Source: Entomortierella parvispora E1425
Taxonomy: Eukaryota; Fungi; Mortierellomycota
Direction of reading: 5' to 3'
Assembly: GCA_020891255.1 (NCBI GenBank)
Contig: BQFW01000015.1
Span: 1,302,001 to 1,366,000 of the forward strand
DNA length: 64,000 nucleotides
Part shown: in pieces, positions 45,601 to 58,997 of the stretch
How positions within the stretch are numbered: the stretch's first letter is position 1
How the letters are laid out: the number at the start of each line of letters is the position of its first letter
The notes under the pieces: model-generated
What the model was told of the DNA's origin: nothing
Database searches by the model: none
Seen by the model: only the letters and a program-made list of their open reading frames with translations
Translations under genes and position numbers: made by a program

Positions 45601-46863
45601 CCCCTCCAAGCCTCACCATACTGCCGCGCCGGCTGCGACTGGACAGGTGAACAAGCTTCGAGAGAAAAAAGTTGACCGGGATGCTGTAAGCTCTCAAGAG
45701 GTGATTCGACGGCTTCAGGCGATTTGCACGGATGCAGACCCTACAAAGATGTATAGAAACCTGGTCAAGATTGGTCAGGGAGCTTCTGGAGGAGTTTACA
45801 CAGCTTATCAAGTTGGAACCAATTTGTCGGTGGCGATCAAGCAGATGAACCTAGAGCAACAGCCCAAGAAGGACCTGATTATCAACGAAATCTTGGTCAT
45901 GAAGGAGTCGAGTCACAAGAACATTGTCAATTACATCGACTCGTTCTTGCACCGGGGTGACCTTTGGGTTGTGATGGAGTACATGGAAGGTGGAAGTCTG
46001 ACAGAAGTCGTGACGACCAATGAAATGGCAGATCCTCAGATTGGGGCTGTCTGCCGAGAGGTAGGAACGATATATCGTGCATTTTATTCATCTAGAGGAC
46101 TGAACTGCTTTACTCATTTTTTTTTTTTTTTTTGGTCTTTGCTACAGGTACTAATGGGTTTGGAGCACTTGCACTCAAAGGGAGTTATCCACAGAGATAT
46201 CAAATCTGACAATGTGTTACTTTCGCTTAACGGCGATATCAAGCTGAGTATGTGAAACTTTGACCTTGCATTAAAAGTTCCTTGCGAGAACCTCTATGGT
46301 GTGATAGCTACTGACCTCTTTCTTTTTCTTTTTTATTGCTCATCGCCTTTACCTGATACAGCCGACTTTGGATTCTGTGCACACTTGAAGGAGAGTCAAG
46401 GAAAGCGTACGACCATGGTCGGTACTCCTTACTGGATGGCCCCCGAGGTTGTGACAAAGAAGGAATATGGTCCCAAGGTTGACATTTGGTCTCTTGGTAT
46501 CATGGCGATTGAGATGCTGGAAGGCGAGCCCCCATATCTGAACGAGAATCCTCTGCGGGTATGGATAAAGTCTGCAGTACCTGTGCTGTTATGAATGTTC
46601 GTACAAGTCCAACCATCTAACCACTATCAACATTGGACTTGTAGGCCCTGTATTTGATTGCGACCAATGGAACACCTGCCTTGCAAAACCCAGAAAAGGT
46701 GTCTGTTGACTTTACCGACTTTTTGTCAAAGTGCTTGGACGTGGATGTGAGCAGACGTCCAACAGCCAGCGAGCTGTTGAGACATCCCTTTATTACCAAA
46801 GCCCACTCTGTTCGTACGCTGGCACCACTGATCAAGGCTGCCAAGGACAGTCAACGCCACTAA
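42666..46863 (+). CDS. STE20: Ste20/PAK-family kinase with CRIB domain; 10 exons (exon 1 42666-43371 is least certain; alternative ATG at 43790)
   Basis: [29 protein letters not shown]; kinase [39 protein letters not shown]. Confidence 0.9.
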
Positions 46864-47298
46864 CTTTTCCTACCTCTTCCTCATGCCACTCAACCATCGT
46901 CATTGTTTCTGCTACTGCCGCCTTATGTTTTCGCCCTACTTTTTTTTTTATTTCAATCTGTGTCACCAAATATCGCTCCTCTTTAGTGCCTCATCCTCCT
47001 TCCTACCGACCGTCTGTAATTCTACCTCTCCTCTTCTTCTCCGCCTACTTTCTCCTCCTCCTCCCTTGTTTTCGCTCCCGATTGCTATGAGTTCTAACCG
47101 ACTTCAGAAATAAACAATAATACCCCTGCCTGCTGTCGAATTGCATCACTTTTTCCTTCCCATTTATATTAATGATCACCAACGAAAGAGAGAGAGAGAG
47201 AGAGAGAGAGGAGTGTATTTGGTGCATGTGGTAAATGATTGAGAGAGAGGGAGTCGACCGCTGAAAAAAGTTGGGAAAGAGGAGTGTTCCCGTCTTTT

Positions 47299-50200
47299 CT
47301 ACTCTTCCAGTCGAGGAACGTGGATCTGGTAGGGCTTTGTTCCCCGATCGCCGCCAGGCGTATGTTCTGGACCGCCTCGGACATTTTCTGCAAAGATGGT
47401 GATCTCCATGCCGCCTGTATGATGGTTGAAATGACCATGCGAGTAATTTCGACGGGGCAGCAGCTTGTCGTTCTGCAAAGGTTTGCCATCGACATCGATC
47501 GTGAACATGGGATACATGTCCTCGTAGGTCTTGACACGACCCTCCAGAATATGGACCTTGTCCTGGAAATGCAACAGACGAATCACGCCCTCGGGCGGGG
47601 GTTCGTTCACGATGGCGGACGAAATCACCTGGTACATCAACTGCGGATCCTTCTCGGCTGGCGAGATCTTGGCCGTGAACCGTCCCATGCCTGCACAGTG
47701 GACATCGCCCGAGATGAATGTCACGCGGATCTTGCGGTCGTTGGCAAAGTTTTGAAGACGCGTGATAAACTTGTTACGCTCAGTCTTGTGCGATTTGGCT
47801 AATCAAGTATAGGGGGAAAGAGAAGAAAAAATGGTTAAAAATATTATCCTCCCCCTCCCGACGTAAACATAAAAACATAAAAAATAAAAAAAGAGTCGGG
47901 CTGTCCCTTGTCCACATACCAGTCCAATGATCGTTCAAGTCATCCAACAACTCTGGCTCGCCGTTCAACTTGTTGACTACATTCTTGGCTCCTGCGATGC
48001 CTCCAAGGACGCCTCCAACAGAACCCATCAAATTCTCTGCAAAAACCAGACGGGGGTAGGCGATGGGAACACCGAGCTGAATCAGTAGATGGCGTGTTCC
48101 TTGAGGAATCTCATTGTACATTTTGGCAAATGCCAGGTCATAGGTCGCATCGGAACAGATCATGGTCTTGGTTCTCTCGGATCTTGCATCCAGAACCAGA
48201 ACCTGTGCCGAAGGTCCCAACGAGCACAACATGCTCTCGCCCACGCCAGCCGAGAAAAAGCCGTGTTGAGGAACCAGTTGAGGAGTGGTGTGCTGTTGGA
48301 AAAGAAGGTAGAATCGGCGCGAGACCGCTCCGATCGTCGACATGGTCGAACTCTTTTGTGTGGACTCGGGGTAGGATCCATAGCCGTCGATGGTGCTAAT
48401 TCGTCATGACAGATCAGATAAAAAGTCAGACGCTCGGTAAAAAAAAAAAAAAAAAAAATCCCAAAGAGCCCACGCAAAAGGACATTCCGACAAGGAGTAT
48501 CCGCATGCAGATACAAACGAACGAAACGCTTACTCATGATCGTCCCACATATTGATAGAAGGAATCGCAGCCAAGGCCTGTCCATAAGTTCCCTGCGAGA
48601 ACCAGGTACAGTAGCGGTTAAAGTAATAGCGCTCGATCGCCTGAGTCCAATGAGTCTTGCACTGAATCTTTTCACGTTCCTGAACACTGGAAATCCCCAG
48701 CCATTCGACCATCTCGGGTTCATTCAAGAGCGAATCGCAATAGAGTTGATCGCCTCCTCCGATCATGACGTGATATGGGTGCTCCGTGTGCTTGGCCAAG
48801 GCATCGTTCCACAATGGGTTTGCTCCTCCAATGGCCACTAAGATTATTTTTTTTCCAAAGAGAAAACAGAAAATTGTTAGTTTTTATAAAAAAAGGACTT
48901 GGAGATTTGGAGAGATGTGCACACAAAACAAATAAATCGTTGATTGCCTTCCAAGTCTCAAATCCAAGAAAGAGGGAACATCTTTTTTCACCAAAAAGTT
49001 TTTGCTCCGCACACACACACACAGACAAGAACAGGCTCTTGGATCTGGTCCCAAGCTCCAAAGAAAATAGTTCTGTGCAACGCCCAGATTGTTGTCCATT
49101 GTGGTCCTTCTGACCCACTTTTGTTGGAAGAGGACGCTCCGTCCCGCTCCTGGCTGTGCTGGAGAAACAGGTTGAAAAGAAGCAATAAAGAAAAAAAAAG
49201 AAAAAGGGTGCTCAAAAACAAAAGCTTACCAGAGTCAGTGGCGGATGAGAATCCGTTACAGCTGTAAAACATCCAGCGGAAGGACTCACTCCGTCCTGCA
49301 ACAAAGAACCAGTAGCTGGGTCCATGGTTGATCTGGTATGTAATCTTTTTGGTTCCATGAGGGTCCTGAGGGATGACCAATGCAAATCGCCAGAAAATCG
49401 CTCCATTAAAGCCATCGATCGCGTGCGCTGTCACTTGTTGAGGATGGGGCATCCGTCCGTCGTTCCAGGTCAAGATCGGCGCTGGCTGACCTTGCGACTC
49501 GGGCTTGGAGACCATCAAGACAGAGCCCACCCAGTTTCCATGATGGATGTCCGTGTTTTGATACCGAAGCAAAGGTCCGCACTGGAAACTCATGCTGGAG
49601 GGTCCTCCTGCTGGAGCAGTTTGAGAAGGCTGTGGAGGATGTGGTTGAGGCATCGTTGGCACAGGCGAGAACAGTGGTGAGCTCGTGTTAGGCTGCGAGT
49701 ACTGGTGCTGAGGTTGGCTCTGCTCCTGGAAATATGGATGAGGGCTGGGGATGCTTTGAGGCAGCCCCGTAGGCACGGGCGTTGGGATCGCGCTGGGTGC
49801 TGTTCCATATGGCGAGCCTGATGAGGGAGGAGCGCCGTAAGGTGCTGGAGGAGGAGTACCATACTGAGACTGTGGTGGGGCGCCATAGGGCGCTGTTACT
49901 GTGGCTCCGTATGGGTTTCCAGAAGGTGCCCCGACAGAAGGAGGTGCTGTGGGAAGAGGAGGGTAAGCACCTCCGGCGGGCTGGGGCATTGGAGGGGATC
50001 CATATCCAGTGTAGGGGCCACTGCTTGCTGGAGGTGTTGGTGGGGGAGGGTACATCGATCCAGGTGGTGGGTAGATAGGTGCCTGAGGCGAACCGGGGGC
50101 ATGGTGCCCAGAGCTCGAAGGTGGTGGGTAGCCAGGTGCCTGAGGCGAACCGGAGGGAGGGTACCCAGAGCTCGAAGGTGGTGGTGGGTAGCTAGGCGCC

Positions 50201-50469
50201 TGGGGTGAACCCGGGGCAGGGTACCCAGAGCTCGAAGGTGGTGGGTAGCTAGGCGCCTGATGTGAACCCGGGGCAGGGTACCCAGAGGTCGGAGGTGGGG
50301 GAGCATACGAGGGCTGGTAGCTCGTATGGGGCACGTAGGTCGAAGGCGATCCTGGAGGAGGAGGATACATCTGTCCAGGTGCAGTGGACGGAGGAGGGGG
50401 GCCGGCAGGAGGGGCATACTGGCCGTACTGCTGCTGGCCAGGGTTGGACTGGTATGGATTCGGGTACAT
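47299..50469 (-). CDS. PhoD-like metallophosphatase with long Pro/Tyr/Gly-rich N-terminus; exons 50469-49230, 48837-48534, 48395-47920, 47798-47299
   Basis: CGPLLRY, MFYSCNGFS, GGGDQLYCD, MWDDHDTIDGYGSY and FISGDVH metal-ligand motifs; three GT-AG introns in frame; no signal peptide. Confidence 0.85.
50071..50301 (-). repeat. Coding minisatellite, 4 copies of 57-60 bp
   Basis: Units start at 50071, 50128, 50188 and 50245 on the plus strand and encode approximately YPPPSSSGYPAPGSPQAPS. Confidence 0.9.
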
Positions 50470-51675
50470 TGAATCCTGCTTGGTCGAGTCGAATGGCGAG
50501 ATGGAGAATGAAAAGAGAAGAGAAGAGAAGAGAAGAAGAGAAGAAGAGAAGGGAAAGGGACCGAGAAAGGGACACGAGGGAAAAGGGAGGGAAAAGGGAG
50601 GGAAAAAGGGAGGGAAAAAGGTGCGGGAAACGAAAAGAGGACACGGTCTGTCTGTCTGTCTGTCTGTCTGTCTTTCTGTGTGTGTGTCTGTTTGTCTGCA
50701 CTCACGCGATGAGGGATGGAGGGAATGGAGGGAATGGAGGGAATGGATGCACATGGACACACTCATCGAGATCCTCTTCTGGGATCCATGGACAGCCAGC
50801 CTGCTTGCAGCAGCACAAAGAGCGACGTGGAGAGAGACAGCAGACAACAGAGCCGGCTGAAAGTGGATCCCTGCAGGCTCTCTTTGCTGCGTGTCCAGCA
50901 GGAGGAGGAGGATCCTCACTCTCTCACTCGCGCACTCTCTCACGCATTCACTCTTTCACTCTTTCACTCACTCTCTCACGCACTCTCTCACGCACTCTCG
51001 AGATACCGACATCCATCCCCTGCTCCTGAAAGCACGCTCGATATTACGGTCAGACCCCGGTCGCCATCTGGTTGGCCACTTCCCAGAATAACTTTCAACT
51101 AGCCCAGTCCAGTGGATATGTGTGTGTGTCTCTCGGGTGATGAACCACACCCTAACAGCTGGTCCTCCACCTCTGTGTCTCTCTCTCTCGGAGCTGCTTT
51201 ACCGCTCTTGTGGTGCTTTCCTCTCTTGCTGGTTGAACTTTTCCTGGCATGTGTGAACTTGGTGGCGTAAAAGAGTGGTCGCTCACAATCCTGACAAGAA
51301 CCTCCCTCGCAGTGCCAGTCGCCACTGAATGTTGATGTTTTCCCATTGATAACTCCAAAGAGGCAATGCAGCCGGTGGTTTCTTTCGATTATGTACAAGT
51401 GCAATTTATTGCGGAAAAGAAGAGAGAACCTCTTTCTGCCCTCACTTTTCCTGACTGATGAAGAAAAAAAAAGAGAGAGAAAATGGCGCCATTGCGGTGT
51501 CCAAAGACTGCATCCTCTCTTGTTTTTGTGTTTTAAAACAGGACATGCATGAAATGGGGGGTTGCGAGGACAACAGATAGGCTGACTTGTCTGACTTGTC
51601 GACCCTTCTTCTCCTCCTCCTCCTTTCTCCTTCTGGTCCTCTGCTGTTGGTTGTTGTTGTTTGGTGGACAGGTTC

Positions 51676-52170
51676 CTACTTGGGCGCATTGTATCCAAGT
51701 CCGAGTTCAGGGTATTGAGAGGGGACATGATCCAGGTAGGGGGTCAAATTTGTGTAGTCCAAAGGCACAGGGGTTCCCAACCAGGTGGCTCTAGAAGAAT
51801 GGTCTGCCAGTTCCTCCCTTGTCAAGGGGTGGATCAAGATCGAGTGAGGTCCTCGGTTCAAGACAAACCAAGAGTAGCATCTTGCAAAGTCCTCTCGGGC
51901 GCACCAGACCTCATAGGATCCGATGGGGTGGGGTCCTCGGGGCGAGGTATTGATGCCGTTACGCAGGGGAACGACCTTGAAGAACCCTTGCTGGACCAAC
52001 TCGAGGATACGATCACGCAGCTTGATGGCGGACGCTTGAGAGGCAGCATTGTTCTGGAACCAGTAGAGATGGAAATGGAATTCTTTGATCTCATTGTCGT
52101 AATCCGACTGGAGGCTGGCAGAAGCCGAGGATGAAGTGTAGGGGGAGTCGGAGGAGGACATGAGCTGCAT
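51676..52170 (-). CDS. DOPA 4,5-dioxygenase-like protein (DOPA_dioxygen family), 164 aa
   Basis: EFHFHLYW, GPHPIGSYEV, NRGPHSILIHPLT and DHSSRATWLGTPVPLD motifs; single exon. Confidence 0.88.
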   Translation of the reverse strand: MQLMSSSDSPYTSSSASASLQSDYDNEIKEFHFHLYWFQNNAASQASAIKLRDRILELVQQGFFKVVPLRNGINTSPRGPHPIGSYEVWCAREDFARCYSWFVLNRGPHSILIHPLTREELADHSSRATWLGTPVPLDYTNLTPYLDHVPSQYPELGLGYNAPK

Positions 52171-52511
52171 TGGGTGTATGTCTCTAGCTGGGCGAGGGTC
52201 GAGGAATGGAATGAATGGAGGGAATGGAGAGAGCAAGGAGAAGAAAAGAAGGAAAGAAAGAAGAGAGGAAAGGAAGGGGAACAAGGGGAACAGCGAGTCA
52301 AGGGGCGAGGGGCACAGTGCGCAGAAAGTGCGTGAGAGAAAAAAAAGAAATCTTATCAGATCGTCTCCTTTTTTGGGACAGAGCGACCAGCGGCACATGC
52401 AATCCCTTCTCTTCTCTTTTTCTCGTTCTCCAACACTGCCTCAGCCCTTGGTCCCTGTCTGTGCACTAATGAAGATGCAAATGCCATGGTTTTTATTGAA
52501 GGGGTTTTCAT

Positions 52512-54407
52512 CTATGCCTTTCTCCTCTTGCTGCCGGTTCTCAGACTGCTCAACGCTGCGCTGATATCTGATTCAGAGACGACGGGCTGGATGGGGGCTG
52601 GGGCAGACGACATCATGGCTGCAAGCTTGGCCTCCAGCTCACGGTTCATCTGCTCCAATGCTGCGTACTGTTGTGCTGTATGCTCTGATGATGATGATGA
52701 TGCAACAGCGCCAGATCCGCTTGTGGCCGTAGCCACCATCGTACCTCTGGCTCCTACATAAGCACGACGTGCACTCTCCACCAATTGGTATTCTGGTAAA
52801 CTGGCCAAAATGGCGGCCTTGTCCACGCCAGAGGTCGAGGTCGAAATCCTGATCATGGGATCATCCGCAATCGAGTTGTTCCCGCTGACCTCAGGTCCGC
52901 CCTCGCCCAATCTTGACTGTGGGATTCTCTTGAACTGTGTGATGGCTGACAGCTTTGGTTTCTCAACCAATGTTGTGTTGGAGTAGAGATCTGCAGGCTG
53001 AATCAATGTATGAATAGAAGAAATGGCGCCTAGATATTCGAGAAGAAGGAAAGGAGAGTGTTGCATTAGAAAAGGTCATTGTTATCAGTCAAGTTTTTGC
53101 ATTTTCAACCTCCTTTGTCTTTTTTTTTTCTCTCTTTCTTTCTCTTACCCTTATGTTGCTTGATCTCACGAACCATCTGTCGACTGGCAACATCCCAGAC
53201 CATCAAATGACCCTTGTTATCGCCACTGACCAAGGCAGAGCCATCAAAGTTCAGAGCCAACTTCAAAATGGGGTGATGATGGCCCCTAAAGACCAAATCG
53301 CCGCCTCGGACACCGTTTCTCTTGGCGCCTCCCAAACCAATCTGCTCCAATCCAGCATCTCCGTCCACAGCTTCGATCGTCGTATACCCCTGCTGCGTGT
53401 GCTTTGACTTGTACAGCAAAGCCTGGTATATCAAATAATCCGCCTCCTCCTGGTTAGATGCTGTTGTCGTCGTCGAAGCTGGGGCTCCCGAGGCTGCCAA
53501 GAAGAACCGCTCTGCACGATCAAAGGCCAAGGCCATGATCTTTGTAGGGAACAAAAATGTCGTCAACAAAGTTCCGGTAGAGAGATCCCAGAGTTTGCAG
53601 GTATGATCCAGTGAAGAAGTCACCACACGCGATCCATGAAAGCGACCCACGCCTGGTTGGACATCGGTGATCGACAGGGTATGATCAGTCCATGAGTAAT
53701 GCGGTGCTGGTGAGTCCTGTTGAGAATCGTCCAAGAGCGCATTGACCATCCAGACGTGGACGACGGCATCCTCGCTTCCAGAGAACAACACCGTATCATC
53801 CGCAGAGAATCGCAAGACGGTGATCTTTTTGTAATGAGCATCAAATGTCCGGTGAAGGATTCCAGTGGCGATCTGTTTTCCCAATGATGATAAAAAAGTA
53901 AAAGTCAGAAACGCGCATTGCAATGAATAAAACGGTCGTCGCCTTGAGTTGAGACATGATCGGCAGAGGGATGTAGTTCGATCCTTACCTCCCAAATATG
54001 AATACGTCCACTTTCGGTGCCTCCGACGCAGTAGGTTCCCCTGTTTGATGTTGCAAGGCAGATGATCTTGTCAGGGAGAGGGAACTTCATAAAGACTTGA
54101 TCCTAGCAAATAAAAACGTAAAGAAAATGTCAGAAACCTCTGATGCATGGCGACGGCTTATAGAACTGACTCTTGGGGATTAGTTGGGTACCTTTTGAAA
54201 GTTGTAGACGTGCATCATGCCCTTGTCAGCCTGAGAGCTCAAAAAGAGTCCTCCCAAGTTGCGGGGGTTGTGTACGAGGGCCAGAGAGTTGGAAGGAGAG
54301 ACATTTTGCTTGAATGAGCCGAGAACAGAGCCAGTGTGCAAATTCCAGATGTACGAGGTGCCATCAGCAGCATCCGATGAGGAGGTCAAGGCCAGCTCGG
54401 TAAACAT
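52512..54407 (-). CDS. IPI3: WD40 pre-rRNA processing protein IPI3 (Rix1 complex); exons 54407-54192, 54102-53989, 53872-53149, 53029-52512
   Basis: GGTESGRIHIWE, FDAHYKKITVLRFS, SGSEDAVVHVW, WTDHTLSITDV, SSLDHTCKLWDL, C-terminal coiled coil and basic tail SKRRKA. Confidence 0.9.
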
Positions 54408-57400
54408 GATGTAATGGGTGGGATGATGGAGTTGTGTTGGTGTCGTGATGATGTCCCCTGCCTGGCCTGCTTTTCCTTGCATGCTTTTTTTTTTTTTTTT
54501 TTTTTTTTTTTTGAACCCACAACAACAACGTGACTTCGAAACAGCCACTGTGGCCTGCGCGCCACCAATTTTGCGCGCCACCAACTTCTAATTTTTTCTT
54601 TCAGCGAGTGGTGGAACGTTCCCGCGCGACGGTCCGCCTGTTTACTTACGACCCTTGGGTCGAGTCAGTCCTTGTTTTTTAATGGTTCTCAATCGCAACG
54701 TTCCTCCTCTCCCCACCAAAAAAAAAAAAAAAAAAAAAAAAAACTGCACCCTGTTTGTTCATGCTCCTCGTGTCACTTCAAGATCGTTCATCCACAATCG
54801 GGACTAATGAGTGAGAGCGATTAATATTCGATATGCTAATGGCCACCAAAAAGTTGCAGCTGGACAGCACTGCGACCTTTGGTGCCTTTTTTGCCGAGAC
54901 GTTGACGTTGCAGCATGCACTACCCATCAATCTTTCATTGATCGATATCGAAATTAAAAACTGGAAGCCCTATTCGTGCTCATTTCTCTCCGCCCAGTAC
55001 ACAAACAAGTTCCCACTGGATCGGCTGTGTTCCCCCAACACCATCGATTGGGGTGGCGCAGATCAAGGTCATCTAGTCAATAGAGGGTGGCAGCTTAGGT
55101 GTTCGAACTGGGCGTGGATTGCAGCTGACAGAAAGCTGCACAGTTCGGTTTGCATTCTGTTACAGTACTAGAGCAAGATCTCGATCGTTGCCCTATTATC
55201 TACCAACCCTGTCACCAAGACACTGCGGTAGATGAGATCAAACTACTCAGTGTCAGCGCCGAGAAAAGAGCAAAGGCGAATATGGGCACATCGGCTGATG
55301 ATAATGGGGCTGCTCGAAAGCAGAGTATGAATGAAAGAAGGATCTCCAGGCCGAGCCATTCGAGTCTGATAGTTAAAAACACAGGGCGATAAACTCTCGG
55401 CATGGACCTGAAAGGACCCTTGCCTTGCTTGTTTAGGTTGAGTCTGCACTATGGCGGCCGTCTATGACAGTGCTGATAACCATGTGTCATTTTGGCGCAG
55501 TGGAGTCCAGAGCTCCCGGGTAATGGGTTGATCGGCGCTTCTCAAAGGGTAGTAGCAGTGGATATATTTAAAATACAAAAGGATTGGCCTGTGTCTATGA
55601 TGATGAGGTCAACCTGGACATTGGTCTGCAGGGGAAGAACGCGTCAACTATCTGTTGCTAGATCGTAGATTGCAAGGTATTACCACTTTTCAACTCAATT
55701 AAATCTATGGATCACCGGCCCTCTTTGCTTCACAAATCCTTCACGAAGTAGGTTCAGTTACACACTGTTGTTCCTCGGTCGTTTTTCGGCTTCCCTTGGC
55801 TCTTACTAGATCGAGAGGAGGTGGAGAAGAACAGGCCAGGTCTTCATCGAAGAGCAGCTGAGCGTTTTTTTTTTCTTCTTTCAAAATGGGGCCTACGCCA
55901 ACGGTTCCCATAAGGACCATGCTCGACGGAACGCATCCGACTGATCGAGGCACGACCAAATATTGGCCCCGCCATACAAGTGGTCGATCTTGCAAAGACG
56001 AAGGTTTCGCAATCAGAGGGCGGTGAGTTGCTGGTTCCGAGGTATCCCTAAAAAAAGGGACTTGGTCTGGTGGGTAGAACGAGGGTACCAGTAGGAGATA
56101 CAGTTCGTCTGCTCTCTCAACAGCCATGTTCTAGCATCACCGAGAAACGAAGGAAGTGAGAGCTTTGATCAGTTTCTCGGGTCCAGGCTGTTTGTGAGAA
56201 TTCAAAGTCGCACGACCCTCACGCCATCCCCTTCTTTGGAAAATGAAAAAGACTGTTCCGGCGTTTCCATTGAGCTCGGGCATGGGAAAGGCATCGGAAA
56301 GTTCAGCATGGTCCTTCTTTCGCTCGGGATAGACAAAGAGAGGGCAGTCGGATCAACAAAGAGATACAAAAAGAGAGAGGGCGCACACAATCAAACAGGT
56401 ATGGGTCAACGAAACGGGCGTGGACCTCCCATGGAGCGCTTGTGTTCATTGGCCTGCAAGAGCGTGAGCACGCGGAGAGCGGTCTTTCGTCCCGCGTGAC
56501 AACCGCGCTATCAGCAATGGTGAGAAAAAAAAACAGCCCCGAATCCGAGGGTCAGAAACAGAGTTGAATCCCAGAGAGGTGGCCAAAAAAGCCAAATCAT
56601 CTCATTTCCGCCTCTTTGCTGGGCGCAAGGCGAACCGAGCATCCACTCAACATTCGGTTCTCACTCTCATCCCCGGCGTCACTCCGATTGGCTGCACATG
56701 CTCTCCCAGGTCCACCCCCAAGAATGTTTATTTTGCCCAATGCACGAACTCGCTTTTGTCCCACAGCCATCATTACTTGAGAGAAAAAAAAAAAGAACAA
56801 CAAATAAACAAACAGCCATCAAGGTTTTCAAGTCGTTCATGGGTCTGGGCTTTCCCTTGAATTCGGCGCTAGGTATCCTTTTATCTCTAGTCGATCGCTT
56901 TGACTAGTTCAGACTCCCGTGCCATGCTGGCTGTCCTTGAACAGCCTGCTGTTTTTCCAGACCTTCCGCCCGAGAGTGTTTACTCCGGCAGTCGTTTTGC
57001 TACTAGACTACTTGTCCACCAGTGGTTCAATACCGAGCATGTTCTGTTACTCCGGCGGAAACGAGGTTCAGGGCGAGGGAAGAGCATTAAAATGAACAAG
57101 GCTCACAACTGAATTGAACACGAATAGGCAAAGCTTCTGTGTGACCCAAGAAATTGGGCCTGCCCAACCTTCGAAGAGCTGTATCCCAGGGTTTGTTGTC
57201 GCCCTCAATCCCGGCTTCGTTACTCTTTGCCCGCTCATTCAATTAAACCAGGCTAAGCAGAGCACCAATCGAATCTTCGCTCTCGCCCTCTACTGCCCAC
57301 AGCCGGTCAAAAAATTTAAGGCGCAAACCCTTCAGGTTTGCAAAAAAAAAAAAGAGTGGTCAGCGGTGATTAGAAGGTCCTGGAGGGTCATGTGGAACGA

Positions 57401-58997
57401 GAAGCGCCAGCGCCCTATGATTCCCTCCTCCCTATTTGCGACCCGTTCTAACTCATTTTCGTAAAGCCCCCCGGTGTTTTGTTCTATGAGACAGCAAGCA
57501 AGGGTAGATGTATCAAAAGGTGTCTCCAGGTGCTTGCAAACAAACATGTCGCCATTTATGAGGTTGTGGACGAGTGGCATCCGTGCAGGGAAAACTGATA
57601 TCACGATGGTATCTCCCGATTGATAGTCCACTAAAATATCGGATGTAATGGTGTATTCAATTGGCAAGAGTATGTTGTGTGGCAGATAGTCGTTGGACCG
57701 TTGGCCAATTCAATTGAGCTATAATTCAGTAAGCATGGCAAGAAGTCCAGGCCCGTTTCATTCTTAAACTCCAAGTAATGTAAACCATTCAAAGCAAGGT
57801 GTTACCGGGGAGGCAAAGCGGTTCTTGGGAACAAGCGTTTTTTACCTTAATAGTTAAGCGATAGCTTATCTTCACACGACTACGACGGCAGAATGACAGA
57901 GGCCAAAGACTATCCTTCTTCCTGTTGCTCCAACTTTTCTCCAGGCAATCCTCTACCTCACTACCTCGAAAGTGCCATGTATATACCCCTGAGGACTTTT
58001 ATCCAGAAAAGAGCAATGCAGCAGCAAGGAAGTCAAAGACTTAGATCTGATGGTCTCCGACAACGGTTTGTGTCCGTGTCGGTTAGCATGTGTGGAGAAT
58101 AAAGAGTTCGAAATCATCCTATTGAATGCCCTGATCTGTCCTTTTACTGCCGGGCGTTTTTTTTTTGCTCGCAATGAAGGGTGTGTTGGTCACTTGTCCA
58201 CTGTGTCAAGAGAGGAGTATTCCCGTTCGACTGGAGGAGGCACTGTACCGTTGGGCTAGTTTTGAAGTTTTGTCTCCTTGTCCTCTGCTGTTTTGGTCCT
58301 GCAGCGAAACAAGAATAGAGACCACTCCAATTCTCAGATGACTTGATGTTTGTCTCCAATGTTTTCAATACCGATACGTCTCCGACTGATGACAGAGTGT
58401 TGCTAATATCCTTGCAAAGCATCCTGTACTCCATCTTCATCGGCGCTCCTGATTGACGAACACACTCCTTTAGGCGCTGACTACTGTGGATGAGAAAATG
58501 ACCAAAAAGGTACGAGGTTGATGGTAAGTAGCCTGATTGAGTCGCCAAACTTTGGTCTGCCCTTTTTTGCAACCATAATCGAGAGTGCTCATGGACTTTG
58601 TTTACCTTGTGCGTTGTGATTGGAGGTGTGTTGAGAGAAGCACATGCAGCATCCAGATCCCTGGGTATGGACCGTTTTCATCTTTTGCGGGCATTGGTGG
58701 TGGTCCGCTGCTTGTATTTTTGTGTCGAAGGTAGAGTTCAACAAGAGCAATCTGCTCTTTTTGGGTTCCTGTGCTCCAACTGAGAGACCACTAGGACACG
58801 CAAACAACAAAAGCGTTCTTCGACCCTGCTCGGGTTGTCTTGCCTCTGTCCATCCCAGGTTAAACACAAAGAACGACAAACTTGGTGTTCGTTCATGTAC
58901 CAATTGTGCTCTTGTTCTCAAGCTCTGTTTGTCTTTGGCCAAATGGCGCGTTCGCAAGTTCCCATCATTCAACAAGTCGGCGCACCAAACGGCATGG

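Noticed and set aside
28446-52170. Possible aromatic-metabolism cluster (ALDH, tocopherol-cyclase-like, DODA-like)
   Set aside because: The genes are about 8-10 kb apart and interleaved with housekeeping genes (URA2, PAK, PhoD-like); no backbone enzyme, regulator or shared motif
55085-55115. Pol III A/B-box-like words (TGGCAGCTTAGG, GTTCGAAC)
   Set aside because: The boxes are too close together and there is no cloverleaf
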